Assembly (NCBI GenBank): GCA_963843185.1
Contig: CAWJJJ010000023.1
Span: 61,040-125,039 of the forward strand
Source: an uncultured Alphaproteobacteria bacterium
Lineage (GTDB): Bacteria > Pseudomonadota > Alphaproteobacteria > Reyranellales > Reyranellaceae
Length of the DNA: 64,000 nt
Direction of reading: 5' to 3'
The translations under genes were made by a program, and so were the position numbers. The notes under the pieces are model-generated. The model did not search any database, was not told the origin of the DNA, and saw only the letters and a list, made by a program, of their open reading frames with translations. Positions 20,552 to 30,955 of this stretch are shown here, in pieces. How positions within the stretch are numbered: position 1 is the first letter of the stretch; each line of letters begins with the position of its first letter.

Positions 20552-22291
20552 TCAGTGCGCCGACTGCTGCAAAGCCCGGCGGGAAAGCAGCCGCACCCCG
20601 ACATAGCCCACGATGACCAGCGCGGTCTGGATGAGAGCGAGCACCGACGCCGCCTCCTGTCGGCCGGTCACGGTCCAAAAGAAGATGTCCACCGACAACA
20701 TGCGCGCGCTCGATCCTGCCAGCAGCACGACGACATCCAGGACGCGAACGGCAATGACGAAGAGAAGGATCCACGCGCCGACGACAGCGGGGCGCAGCAG
20801 CGGCAACCAGATTCGCAGGAACGTCCGGAACCAGGAGCCGCCGTGAATGCGTGCCGACTCTTCGAGCTCGGCGCTGAGCTGGACCATGGTGCTGGTGAAG
20901 AACCTCGAAGCGACCGGCAATCCGCGCGCCACAAGAGCCAGGACCACGACCCACAGCGTGCCGTAGATGGGCAGCCAGACGAAGGCCCAGAGGAAGCCGA
21001 GGCTCATGACCAGACCGGGGATCGCCCACGGGCCCCAGGCCATGATGTCGAGAGCCTTGCGTCCGCGCCAGCCGGTTCGCGTCACGACGTAGGAGATCAG
21101 CACCGAGATGACGACGCCCAGGGTGGCCGCCACGACTCCGACCATGAGCGTGTCCATGATCGATTTCAGCACCTCGTCACGCCCCAGCGCGTTGCTCCAA
21201 TGCACGGTCGTGAACATCTCCCGGCTGATGAAGCCGCTCAGCTCCATGAACGAGTTCAACAGCAGCACGATGAACGGCAGGGCGCCGAAGATGACAAAGA
21301 AGGCGAGGATGGCGCCGAACGCGATCCATCGCCCGGACCCGAGATCGAGGGGCTGTGCCTTGAAGCCGCGGCCGGAAACGGTCGTATAGGACCGGCCGCG
21401 CAGGAGCCGCCACTGCACCACGATCAAGCTGCCGGTCAGCACGAGCAGGATGACCGCCAGTACCATCGCGGCGCCGAAATTGGCAACATGCCCGCCGTAG
21501 GCCAGATCGTAGATCCGCGTCGTGAATACGAAGATGCTGGCCGGTGTGCCCAGCAGCTGCGGGATCTCGAAGGATTCCATCGCCACCACGAACGACAGGA
21601 TGCCCGACGCGAGCAGGGCCGGCAGAAGCAGCGGGAAGTTGATCCGCCACAAGGTGCGCCATCCGCTGGCGCCGGCCATGCGAGCCGCCTCCTCGAGCGT
21701 CGCGTCCATGGCGAGAAGAGCCGGAAGGATGAACAGGAACAGCACCGGAGCCGAACGCGCGGCGCCCAGCACGATCAGGCCGCCGTAGGAATAGACGTTT
21801 ATCAGGCCTTCGCCGCCCGGAACCAGCGCACCGAGCCATTGATTGAGCAAGCCGACATTCGGTGCGCCCAGCAGCATCCAGGCGAGGACCCAGGGCAGCT
21901 CGGGCAGGAAGAACATGAAGACGAGAAGGCCTTCCAGAAGACGCTTGCACGGGGCGTTGGTGCGGGCGATGCACCAGGCGAAGGCCGTGGCCAGGAGCAG
22001 CGCCAGCAAGGTGCGGGGAACCGCAATCGCCAGGCTGGTCAGCAGGACCTCGAACGTGGCGGAGTCCGACAGCACGGTCGCCCAGTTCTCCAGGGTGAGC
22101 GTGCCGGGCTGGCCGGGAGCGGCACTCCAGAAAGTCCCGAAGACGACCATCCCCATCGGATAGACGACCAGAGCGGCGACGAGCACGGTAAGGGCGAGCG
22201 GCAGCATCGACTCCAGCCGAAGGCTGCGGCGCCGGCGACGGCGGGAAACCGGGGCCGCCCGCCGGCCGATCGAGCTTTCCGCAGTCGCCAT
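20552..22291 (-). CDS. ABC transporter permease, FbpB/ThiP-type (two BPD_transp domains)
   Basis: Two EAA loops (LEEAARMAGA; LEESARIHGG); ~12 TM. Confidence 0.9.
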   Translation of the reverse strand: MATAESSIGRRAAPVSRRRRRRSLRLESMLPLALTVLVAALVVYPMGMVVFGTFWSAAPGQPGTLTLENWATVLSDSATFEVLLTSLAIAVPRTLLALLLATAFAWCIARTNAPCKRLLEGLLVFMFFLPELPWVLAWMLLGAPNVGLLNQWLGALVPGGEGLINVYSYGGLIVLGAARSAPVLFLFILPALLAMDATLEEAARMAGASGWRTLWRINFPLLLPALLASGILSFVVAMESFEIPQLLGTPASIFVFTTRIYDLAYGGHVANFGAAMVLAVILLVLTGSLIVVQWRLLRGRSYTTVSGRGFKAQPLDLGSGRWIAFGAILAFFVIFGALPFIVLLLNSFMELSGFISREMFTTVHWSNALGRDEVLKSIMDTLMVGVVAATLGVVISVLISYVVTRTGWRGRKALDIMAWGPWAIPGLVMSLGFLWAFVWLPIYGTLWVVVLALVARGLPVASRFFTSTMVQLSAELEESARIHGGSWFRTFLRIWLPLLRPAVVGAWILLFVIAVRVLDVVVLLAGSSARMLSVDIFFWTVTGRQEAASVLALIQTALVIVGYVGVRLLSRRALQQSAH

Positions 22292-22294
22292 CCG

Positions 22295-23420
22295 CTACTT
22301 CTTGAGGCCCGCCGCCTTCAGGTACGGCTCGGCTTTCGCCGACCATTCGAAGAACAGCTTCGAGCCGAACTCGTAGGTGTCAGGGTTGCCGGGAAACGGC
22401 TTGGCGGTGGCGAAGTGCGCCAGCTCCGGAACCTTGGGCGTCACGTCCGTTGCGGACAAACGGTCCGCCGGGGTCGTCGGCGTTGATCTGCTGAGCGGAC
22501 TTGGTGAGCGCGTAGTTCATGAACACACGCGCAGCATTCGGATGGGGGGCGTCCTTCAGCAGGCTCATTCCGCCGGTGAGGAGCATCACCCCGTCCTCGG
22601 GCACCACCAGCCGGAACGGGCGGGGCTCGGGCAGCTTCCAGATGTCCGCAGCGCCCACCTGGGTGGGATGGATGAAGATGCCGTACTCACCGCGGGCAAT
22701 CTGCTTGGGGGCCTCGATCTCGGCACGCGTCAGCGCCTTCACGTTGTCGATCACCTTGCGCAGGTGATCGTCGCCGTAGGCCTTCCAGGCATAGGCCGCC
22801 CAGCGCGATCCCGGCGAAGGTCCGATAGGCTCGGACAGAAGAATGAGACCCTTGTATTTCGGGTCTTCGAGGTCCTTGTAGCTGCGCGGCCCGCCCGCCG
22901 GCGGACAGAGCTTGTTGTTGACCAGGATGAAATAGCCGCCCGCGCTCGTCATCAGCGTATGGCCGTGGCCGGCCTTCACATCGACCAGCGGATCGATGAT
23001 CCAGGGCACACCCGGCTCGGCCGCTGCCGGCAGCGTGCCGAAGGGTTGATCAAGCCCGCGGGCCGCGAGGCGCCGGTTCTCCGGGCTGCCGGAGGAGCGA
23101 ATGTCGATGCCCGCCTTGCCCGCAGCCCGCTCGGCGTTCCAGCGCGCCTCGAAGTCGCCGGTCCGGGCCGGCGCAAGCTCCACGCGGATGCCGTAGAGCT
23201 TCTCGAACTCCCGCGCCTGACGCTCCGTCGCGGCGCCGGGGGCGCCGAAGAACGACCAGACGACGAGCCCTTCCTTCTTGCCGGCGGCAACCACCTGATC
23301 CCACGATTCCTTGGTTTCGCTCTGAGCCCGTGCCGGATTGCCGGTTGCCGTCATCGCCGCGCCGAGCGAAGTAAGCCCCAACATCGAGCTCATCTGGAAG
23401 AGTGCGTCTCTCCGTTTCAT
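22295..23420 (-). CDS. ABC substrate-binding protein, Fe3+/thiamine cluster, Tat signal (frameshift ~22460)
   Basis: MKRRDAL leader; WDQVVAAGKKEG; DLEDPKYKG; APHPNAARVF. Confidence 0.82.
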
Positions 23421-23421
23421 G

Positions 23422-24540
23422 TCATTCCTCCCTGGTCTTCTCGGCCGATCTTGCCGCCGGCCATGTGCGGATCGCCTCCGGTGGAAAATCGAGCTGCACC
23501 AGGGCCCCCTCGTCGTGCAGGTCGGTGGTCGGACCGAAGGCACGGATGCGCGCGGCGCCGACACCGACGACGTATTCCGTGCGTTCACCCAGGTAGATCC
23601 TCGACAAGACGCGACCCTGCCATTCACCGGCCCCGCCGGTTCCATTCGCCGCGCGCACCTGGACCGCAGCCGAGCGCAACATCAGGACTACTTCGTCGTC
23701 CTGCTGCCAAGGATGCGAGTTGTCGAGCGGAACCTCGATGTCGTCGACACCGAGCACCCGCGCCCGCGGCGACCCATCGGATGCAGTGGCAACGCGGGCG
23801 CCGACCTGGTCGACCTGGCCGAGAAACTCCATGACGAATTGCGTGCTCGGCCGCTGGTAGATCGCCTGCGGCGTGCCCTCCTGGACGATTCGACCGGCAT
23901 TCATCACCACCACGCGGTCGGACAGGATCATCGCCTCGCTCTGGTCATGCGTGATGAAGATCGTCGTGACGCCGACACGCGCCTGGACCTCCTTCAGTTC
24001 GAAGCGCATCTCGTCGCGCCGCCGTGCATCGAGATTGGAGAACGGCTCGTCCAGCAGCAGGACATCGGGGTCGCCAACGAGCGCCCGCCCCAGCGCGACC
24101 CGCTGCTGCTGGCCACCCGAAAGAAGAGGCGCCGGTCGGTCATGCAGTCCCTCGAGGCCAAGGCTTTGCAGCATCGTCATGACCTTCTCGCGGATCTCCG
24201 CCGGTGGCAGGCGCTTGCCGCGCAACGGGAAGGCGATGTTCTCGAAGACGTTCATGTGCGGCCAGATTGCGTACGACTGGAACACCATGCCCATTCGCCG
24301 CTTGTCCGGCGGCAGGTGGATGCCCTCCTCGGCCGAGGTCACGACCCGGTCGCCGACGCGCACTTCCCCGGCGTCGGGCCGTTCCAGCCCGGCGATCATG
24401 CGTAGCGTCGTGGTCTTGCCGCAGCCGCTCGGCCCCAGCAGGGTCAATATCGACCCGCTCTCGACCTCGAAGCTCACATCGTCGACGGCGGGCACGGCGC
24501 CAAAGAGCTTCCGCAGGCCGGCGACGCGGATGGCTGTCAT
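23422..24540 (-). CDS. ABC transporter ATP-binding protein (PotA/FbpC type)
   Basis: GPSGCGKTT, LSGGQQQR, LLLDEP, THDQ, TOBE tail. Confidence 0.93.
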   Translation of the reverse strand: MTAIRVAGLRKLFGAVPAVDDVSFEVESGSILTLLGPSGCGKTTTLRMIAGLERPDAGEVRVGDRVVTSAEEGIHLPPDKRRMGMVFQSYAIWPHMNVFENIAFPLRGKRLPPAEIREKVMTMLQSLGLEGLHDRPAPLLSGGQQQRVALGRALVGDPDVLLLDEPFSNLDARRRDEMRFELKEVQARVGVTTIFITHDQSEAMILSDRVVVMNAGRIVQEGTPQAIYQRPSTQFVMEFLGQVDQVGARVATASDGSPRARVLGVDDIEVPLDNSHPWQQDDEVVLMLRSAAVQVRAANGTGGAGEWQGRVLSRIYLGERTEYVVGVGAARIRAFGPTTDLHDEGALVQLDFPPEAIRTWPAARSAEKTREE

Positions 24541-24784
24541 CAGCTTCCCTGTCTGGCTTTCTTGGGATCGTGGTCCGGAGGTACGCCCAGATCCTGTGGG
24601 ATGAGGAACAATGCTGCCACTGCCCGTGCGGCCAAACTTTGCTGCCAGCGCGGGGGCTTGCTTGTGGAAGCAACAATCCCGGCCCGACTTTCTGCGCAAG
24701 GCATCAAATGGCTGCGCTGCCCGCAAAGCAGCCGGCGCATGGTTGTTCATGAATGCTTCGGCGAGCGACCGAAGGTGGATATCC

Positions 24785-26041
24785 ATGTTGCATGAAGCCC
24801 CCGTGATTCCCTGGCCGTCCCGGGACGGCAGTCGCGTGCCGTTCGAGGTGTTCACGCGGGCCGACGTGTTCGCCCGGGAGCAGGAGGCCATCTTCCGGGG
24901 CCCGGTCTGGAATTACGTCGCCCTGGAGGCGGAGATCCCGCAGCCGAACGACTTCAAGACGACGTTCGTCGGCGACACGCCGATTGTCGTCAGCCGCGCC
25001 GAGGACGGGAGTCTGCATGCCTTCCTGAACCGATGCGCCCATCGCGGCGCCACGGTGCAGCGCGAGGCGAGCGGCAACGCTCGCCAGCACAAATGCGTCT
25101 ATCATCAGTGGTGCTACAATTCACAAGGCGACCTGATCGGCGTGCCCTACCGCCGCGGCGTGCCGGGAATGGGCGGCTACTCTGCCGATTTCGATCCGAA
25201 GGACCACGGTCTCGTCAAGTTGCGGGTTGCGTCGCGCAAGGGCGTGATCTTCGCCACTTTCCGTTCCGATACCGTCGCACTGGAGGAATATCTCGACGAG
25301 CCACTGCTCGCGGCCATCGACCGCCTGTTCTCGCGGCCCATCAAGGTCCTGGGCCACATGCGCCAGCGCGTCCGCGGCAACTGGAAGCTCTATTCGGAGA
25401 ACACGCGGGATCCCTACCACGCGGCGCTGCTCCACGGCTTCCACGCGACCTTCGGCCTTTATCGGACGAACCAGAAACGGAAAGGGGGAAGCGACCGGGC
25501 GCGAGCCCACAGTACCGGCGCGACCTACGGCGACGATTGGCGCCAGGCCGCTCAGTCCGGCAACATCGGGCAGGACAAGTTCGTCGCCAACTATTCCCTG
25601 GCTGACCCTTCCCTGCTGGAAGGCCGGCCCGATTTCAACGATGGCGTGACAGTGGCGATCACCAGCATCTTTCCCTGCCTGGTCATCCAGCAGATCATGA
25701 ATACGCTCGCGACGCGCCACATCCGCCCCAAGGCGGCGGACGAGTTCGAGCTCTACTGGACGTACTTCGGCTACGAAGACGACGACGAGCAGACGACCGC
25801 CTGTCGCCTCAAGCAGGCCAATCTCATCGGACCGGCCGGCTTGATCTCGATGGAGGACAGCGAGGCGATCGAGCTGATCCAGCGCGCGATCGTGCGCGAC
25901 GGCCGCGAGAATTCCTTCCTGGAGTTCGGCGGCTTGCACGCCGACCTGGACAAGGATCGCGTCGGCGAGGCGACGATCAGGGCTTTCTGGCGCTACTACG
26001 CCGGGCTGATGGGGCTGTCGCCGGCGGGCGGGGAGGCGTGA
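24785..26041 (+). CDS. Rieske aromatic-ring-hydroxylating oxygenase large subunit (salicylate 5-hydroxylase/anthranilate/terephthalate-like)
   Basis: NRCAHRG..CVYHQW; NWKLYSENTRDPYHAALLH; GPAGLISMED. Confidence 0.9.
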   Translation: MLHEAPVIPWPSRDGSRVPFEVFTRADVFAREQEAIFRGPVWNYVALEAEIPQPNDFKTTFVGDTPIVVSRAEDGSLHAFLNRCAHRGATVQREASGNARQHKCVYHQWCYNSQGDLIGVPYRRGVPGMGGYSADFDPKDHGLVKLRVASRKGVIFATFRSDTVALEEYLDEPLLAAIDRLFSRPIKVLGHMRQRVRGNWKLYSENTRDPYHAALLHGFHATFGLYRTNQKRKGGSDRARAHSTGATYGDDWRQAAQSGNIGQDKFVANYSLADPSLLEGRPDFNDGVTVAITSIFPCLVIQQIMNTLATRHIRPKAADEFELYWTYFGYEDDDEQTTACRLKQANLIGPAGLISMEDSEAIELIQRAIVRDGRENSFLEFGGLHADLDKDRVGEATIRAFWRYYAGLMGLSPAGGEA

Positions 26042-26042
26042 G

Positions 26043-26522
26043 GTGACCGCGGCGACAAGCCAAGTCTACCATGACATCCGGTCGCTGGAGTACCGCTACG
26101 CCCGTCTTCTGGATGACGACCGGCTCGAGGAATGGCCGAACCTGTTCGTCGAACGCGGCGTGTACAAGGTCATTCCGCGCGAAAATCTCAGCCGCCAGCC
26201 GGCGCTGCCCATCATGTTCTGCGACAGCCGGGCGATGATGCTGGACCGCGTGCGAAGCCTGCGCGAGGCCAACGTGTACAATCTTCACTATTCTCGCCAC
26301 GTCGTATCCAACATCGAGATTCTTTCGGCACGGGACGACACCTACGAGGTGGCGGCCTGCTACACCGTGTACCAGACGGATCTGGAGGGGCAGACGCGGC
26401 TCTTCAGCGTCGGCCAGTATCGCGACGTGATCGCCAACGGCGAGGGAGAGCTCAGGTTCCGTGAGAAGATCGCGGTGTGCGATACGTTCAATATTCCCAA
26501 TCTGCTCGCCATTCCGCTGTGA
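26043..26522 (+). CDS. Aromatic-ring-hydroxylating oxygenase small subunit
   Basis: YARLLDDDRLEEWP, IPREN, MMLDRV, GQYRD, LLAIPL. Confidence 0.9.
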   Translation: MTAATSQVYHDIRSLEYRYARLLDDDRLEEWPNLFVERGVYKVIPRENLSRQPALPIMFCDSRAMMLDRVRSLREANVYNLHYSRHVVSNIEILSARDDTYEVAACYTVYQTDLEGQTRLFSVGQYRDVIANGEGELRFREKIAVCDTFNIPNLLAIPL

Positions 26523-26553
26523 GACGGTCTGCGTGGGCCTCAATGCAATCCCG

Positions 26554-27606
26554 TCACGCGTCGGCCAACGTTTGCGATGGGGATTCGCGGAAGCGCGCCT
26601 TGTAGTCGCGCGAGAACTGGCTGAGGTTGGTGTAGCCTGCCGCGGTGGCGGCCTGCGTAACGCTGTTGGCGCCATAACGACGCCCCTTGACGAGAGCGTC
26701 GCGTGCCAGGTCGAGGCGCACCGCCTTGAGATAGCCCATCGGCGTGATCGATCGGAACCGGCTGAAGCCATGGTAGATCGACCGAGCGCTGACCCCGCCC
26801 ACCAGCACGAGGTCATCGGTGGTGATCTGCTTGCCCGCGTGTTCGCGGATGTAGTTTTCGACACGACGCACATAGTACGGCGCCGCCGAGGAGAGCTGCT
26901 CTTCCGCGAATGCCCACTTGTAGTTGTTGGGCACGGCGTCCAGCAGCAGCAGCGAAAGAGTTCGCTCGGCAAGCCGACCGAGGTGACCGTCGAAACAGGG
27001 ATGCGGATCGTTGAGGTCGCGGCAAATCGTGACGATGTAGTTCCACAAAGTCGATATGCGCTCCAGGTCGAGGACCTGCATGACGCCGAAGTTCAGCGGA
27101 TCGCCGATGCCGATGCCGGTTTCGCTGGCGACGATCCGTTCCATGCGGCTTCGACTGAGCCGGACCATCAGCTGCTGGGTCGATCCGTGCCAGCGCTTGT
27201 GCGAGCGCGCCATGCCCTCGAGAAGCACCATCTGCGCGGGCGCCGCCTCGACCTTCGCGGTCCCCTGCTGCAATTGCGCGCTGCCGCGCATGAGGATGTG
27301 CAAAAGGATGAGATCCGGATCGTCCATCATCTCGATGTCATAGCCCGAGACGCTGTCGACCTTGACCAGGCTGAAGAGCGTCTCCCCGAGCCGCGCCGAT
27401 CTCACCTCGTACTGCCTGAACTCGCCAGCGCTCTGAAGCGAGAGGTCGAAGAGCCCGTGCGTGCTTCTTTCGACATACCTTCTGGCGAGATGGTAGTCCG
27501 CCGTCGAGAAATGCCGTCGATTCGACAACAGAGGCTGGTCGAACACGAAGTTGGCCGCGCCGGCAGACGCCGGCATCGCCGCCACCGCATCGGTCGATGC
27601 ACTCAT
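26554..27606 (-). CDS. AraC family regulator (AraC_binding_2 plus HTH; AndR/EutR-like)
   Basis: APYYVRRVENYI..TPMGYLKAVRL..FSRDYKARFRESPSQTL. Confidence 0.9.
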   Translation of the reverse strand: MSASTDAVAAMPASAGAANFVFDQPLLSNRRHFSTADYHLARRYVERSTHGLFDLSLQSAGEFRQYEVRSARLGETLFSLVKVDSVSGYDIEMMDDPDLILLHILMRGSAQLQQGTAKVEAAPAQMVLLEGMARSHKRWHGSTQQLMVRLSRSRMERIVASETGIGIGDPLNFGVMQVLDLERISTLWNYIVTICRDLNDPHPCFDGHLGRLAERTLSLLLLDAVPNNYKWAFAEEQLSSAAPYYVRRVENYIREHAGKQITTDDLVLVGGVSARSIYHGFSRFRSITPMGYLKAVRLDLARDALVKGRRYGANSVTQAATAAGYTNLSQFSRDYKARFRESPSQTLADA

Positions 27607-27740
27607 GGTTCCTCCCAGGCGCACTGTTTTGCTCCACTCCGACAGCGCCGGGGTGTCCAGTCCGTTTCACGGAAGACTTAGCCGATCCACTGCGGGGCGT
27701 CGAGAATGACGCGCCTTATAACGAGCCCTGGAGAGTTCGC

Positions 27741-28940
27741 ATGAAGGTCTTTGTCTTCGATCTGCTGGCCTATGGCGAAAGCCTCGAGCACGTGAAAGTC
27801 GGCGCCGAGCTGCCCTATCCGTTGAGCAAGAAATTCTTCAAGGCGGACGTCGCCGTCCGCACCTATGCCGAGCATCTGGCGGCCTGGGAGGAGATGGACA
27901 AGCTCGGCTACGATGGCGTGGGCTTCAACGAGCATCATTCCTCGCCTTATGGCCTCATGAACTCGCCGAACCTCATGGCCGCGGCAGCGGCGCAACGCAC
28001 CAGGAACCTCAAGCTGCTGATCTACGGCAATTTGCTGCCGCTGCATGAGCCGCTGCGGCTTGCCGAAGAACTCGCGATGATCGACTGCCTGTCGAACGGC
28101 CGGCTGATCTCAGGCTTTGCGCGCGGCATTCCGCGCGAATACCAGGTGCACAATGTGCCGCTGGCCGAGAGCCGCGCACGCTTCGAGGAGGCATACGAAA
28201 TCGTGACGCGGGCCTGGACCGAAGACGTGTTCTCGTACGAAGGCAAGTTCTGGTCCTACAACGATGTGGCGATCTGGCCGCGGCCGGTGCAGCGGCCCCA
28301 TCCGGAGATCTGGGTGCCGATCGTCGGCAGCAAGGAATCCATCGAGTTCGCCGGCAAACACAACATCCCCATTACGCCCGGCCTCGGTAGTGGCGGCCTG
28401 CGCGACGACATCATCCGCTATTACGCCAAGTGCCTGGCCGCGGCGGGACATCGGCTGACGCCAAACCACCTTTCCCTCAGCGTCCATGCCTATGTCGCCG
28501 ATTCCAAGGCGCAGGCGGTGAAGGAAATGGGACCCTATCACCTCTACTTCAACCGCACGCTGTTCAGCCACGGCAACTTCACGGAGACGGCTTTGCAGCG
28601 CCAGGCCGGTTATTCCACACCACAATCGACCGACTACGTGCGGCCGGAAAACCAGCGCGCGGCTGCGCTGCTGCGCGAAGACTTCCGCAACACGACCATG
28701 GCCGATATCGAACGCATGGCCGAGAGTTGGCCTTGGGGAACGCCCGAGGAGGTGACCAAGCGCATCATCGCGCAGGCCGATGCAGCCGGCGCCGACACGG
28801 TGCAGATCAGCCTCAATCGCGGCGCCATGCCTCACGAGATGTTCGTCGAGCAGATACGCCGCTTCGCCCAGGACGTGCTGCCAGCCCTGAAGGCGCATCA
28901 GGTCGAGCGCGTGCCGGCGGTTGAGGAGATTGCGGTCTGA
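27741..28940 (+). CDS. LLM-class flavin-dependent oxidoreductase
   Basis: GYDGVGFNEHH, PLRLAEELAMID.LSNGR, PRPVQRPHP. Confidence 0.9.
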   Translation: MKVFVFDLLAYGESLEHVKVGAELPYPLSKKFFKADVAVRTYAEHLAAWEEMDKLGYDGVGFNEHHSSPYGLMNSPNLMAAAAAQRTRNLKLLIYGNLLPLHEPLRLAEELAMIDCLSNGRLISGFARGIPREYQVHNVPLAESRARFEEAYEIVTRAWTEDVFSYEGKFWSYNDVAIWPRPVQRPHPEIWVPIVGSKESIEFAGKHNIPITPGLGSGGLRDDIIRYYAKCLAAAGHRLTPNHLSLSVHAYVADSKAQAVKEMGPYHLYFNRTLFSHGNFTETALQRQAGYSTPQSTDYVRPENQRAAALLREDFRNTTMADIERMAESWPWGTPEEVTKRIIAQADAAGADTVQISLNRGAMPHEMFVEQIRRFAQDVLPALKAHQVERVPAVEEIAV

Positions 28941-28982
28941 AAAAGGGGGCGAGTCAGGCGTCGGGTGGCACGACAGCGGAGC

Positions 28983-29810
28983 TCAATCGCCGCCGTTGCC
29001 GCCCAGCACGACGACGGTCAGCTTCTCCGGCAATTCCTCGCGCACGACCTCGATGGTCTGGCGGTCGGGCCACACGAAGTCGGCGTCGAGCGGCTGCATC
29101 AGGCCCTGGAAGCGCTCGACCTGGGAGCGGCCCCAGTAGTGCATGGGCAGCACCATCTTGGGCTGGATCTGCCGGATGACGTCGACCATCAGCGGCTGGC
29201 CCATCGTGTAGGAGCCGTCGATCGGCACCATCAGCACGTCGATGCGGCCGAGCTCGTCGAGATGCTCCTTGGTCAGGCGATGATGCAGGTGGCCCAAATG
29301 AGCGATGCAGAGATCGGCGATGGCGAAGATGAAGATCGAGTTGCCGTTGATGCGCGCTGTGTTCGAGCCCCAGTCGCGCGCGTTGGTCGGCACGTTCCAT
29401 ACCTTCATGTCCTTCAGGGTGACGTCGTGCTTGGCCTCGGTCTCGCCGGGCTGGCTGGGCCAGCCGCGCAGCGCGTAGGTGATGCCGTCCTCCGGGTCGT
29501 CGGTGAAGTGCGTGGAGTGCGCGTTGTTCATGGTCACGATGTCGGGCTTGCGGCCGAAGCCGTTGACGCCGTTGTAGTCGGTGATGGCGCGCACGCCCTG
29601 CGGCGTGTCGATCTGGTAGCTCGAATGGCCGAGGAAGGTGATGATGGCTCGGCTGGGCGAATTGCCGGCCGCCAGGGACAGGCCATCGAGCGAGGCCACC
29701 TGCACGCCCGGCATCCCGGCGACGTTCTGCGAGCAGCGCGCCAGCGCCGGTCCCGCCAGCAAGGTGAAGGTGGCAGCGAAAAGAGCGGCGAGGGAATAGC
29801 GGAGGCTCAT
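28983..29810 (-). CDS. Exported MBL-fold metallo-hydrolase (Lactamase_B_3-like)
   Basis: Signal peptide; FLGHSSY; NNAHSTH; HLGHLHH; PMHY. Confidence 0.8.
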   Translation of the reverse strand: MSLRYSLAALFAATFTLLAGPALARCSQNVAGMPGVQVASLDGLSLAAGNSPSRAIITFLGHSSYQIDTPQGVRAITDYNGVNGFGRKPDIVTMNNAHSTHFTDDPEDGITYALRGWPSQPGETEAKHDVTLKDMKVWNVPTNARDWGSNTARINGNSIFIFAIADLCIAHLGHLHHRLTKEHLDELGRIDVLMVPIDGSYTMGQPLMVDVIRQIQPKMVLPMHYWGRSQVERFQGLMQPLDADFVWPDRQTIEVVREELPEKLTVVVLGGNGGD

Positions 29811-30030
29811 CGGGTTTCTCCGTACTTCCGGGAATGATCGGATCCCCGGACGAGCTTCGCAAGTATTGTGCCTAACCTGTTGGTATGACTAGGTAATTTT
29901 ATATTAATTCTGCTTAGAGGAATATTTCCCGCTCCCCTTCTACGGTGCGCAAAAACTATAGGATCGGCAGAGATCCTGTCGCTGCTTCCCAGTGACTTCT
30001 CCTCGTTGAACTCTGCCCAGGAGCTCACTA

Positions 30031-30045
30031 GAACAAAAGAAGAAC
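30031..30045 (+). promoter_or_regulatory. Alphaproteobacterial LexA (SOS) box
   Basis: GAAC-AAAAGAA-GAAC (GAAC-N7-GAAC) ~42 bp upstream of imuA ATG. Confidence 0.9.
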
Positions 30046-30087
30046 ATTTTATCCCCAACGCGTTCCACAGACCTTTTGGAGGGGGCG

Positions 30088-30955
30088 ATGCCCGTCATTT
30101 CCCCAAGCGCTTTTGCTCCCCCTGTCGCTTCCCGGGCCGCCAACGATGCGGCCGCCCCGGTCGCGGCGGATCTGCGCGAAAAGGTCCGCCGGCTGGAGCG
30201 CGCCCACAGCGTCCAGCGGGCCGGCCAGGCCGCCGTGCCGCTCGGCCTGCCTGCCATCGACGCCCTGCTGCCCGAAGGCGGGCTGCTGACCGGCGCCCTG
30301 CACGAGATCGAGGCGGGCCCCGCCCTCTCCGGCCGCGTCGCCTCCCACGATGGCGCGGCGCTGGGCTTTGCCGCCCACATGATGGGCCGGTTCGGGCCGG
30401 GAACACTGCTGTGGTGCCGCCGTCCGTCGGGCACCTTCGATGCGCCGCCTTATGCCGCGGCGCTCGCCGCCTGGTTCGATCCGGCGCGCCTGCTGATGGT
30501 CACGGCCAGGCGCGACGAGGATCTGTTCTGGGCGATGGAAGAGGGCCTGCGCTGCCCCGGCATCGCCGCCGTGCTGGGCGAGACGCGCGCGGCCGATCCC
30601 ACCGCCGGCCGGCGCCTGTCGCTCGCCGCCGAGAAGAGCGGCGTGCCTGCCCTGCTGCTGCGCTCCCAGCCCGCGCCACCCGCAAAGCGTGTGCACGACG
30701 CGCTGGCGCATCGCTTCGGCGCCGTCGCATTCGACGCCCGGCCTCACCGACATCGGCGCCGCGCGCTGGCGCCTCCAGCTCAGGCGCAACCGCTTCGGCG
30801 CGCCTTCCGTCACCGAAATCCCGTCCTGGCTCGTGGAGTGGAACGATGAAACGCATTGTCTCGCTGTGGTTCCCCAAGCTTTCCACGGATCGACTCGCGC
30901 GGACTGGACAGAGTCCGACGCCGCGCGCCCCCTCGACTCTCGATTGGTCGGCTAG
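30088..30955 (+). CDS. imuA: ImuA translesion synthesis protein (frameshift ~30685)
   Basis: GLPAIDALLPEGGL..GALHEI, LFWAMEEGLRC, RRLSLAAE, then TRWRIASAPS..RWRLQLRRNR. Confidence 0.88.
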
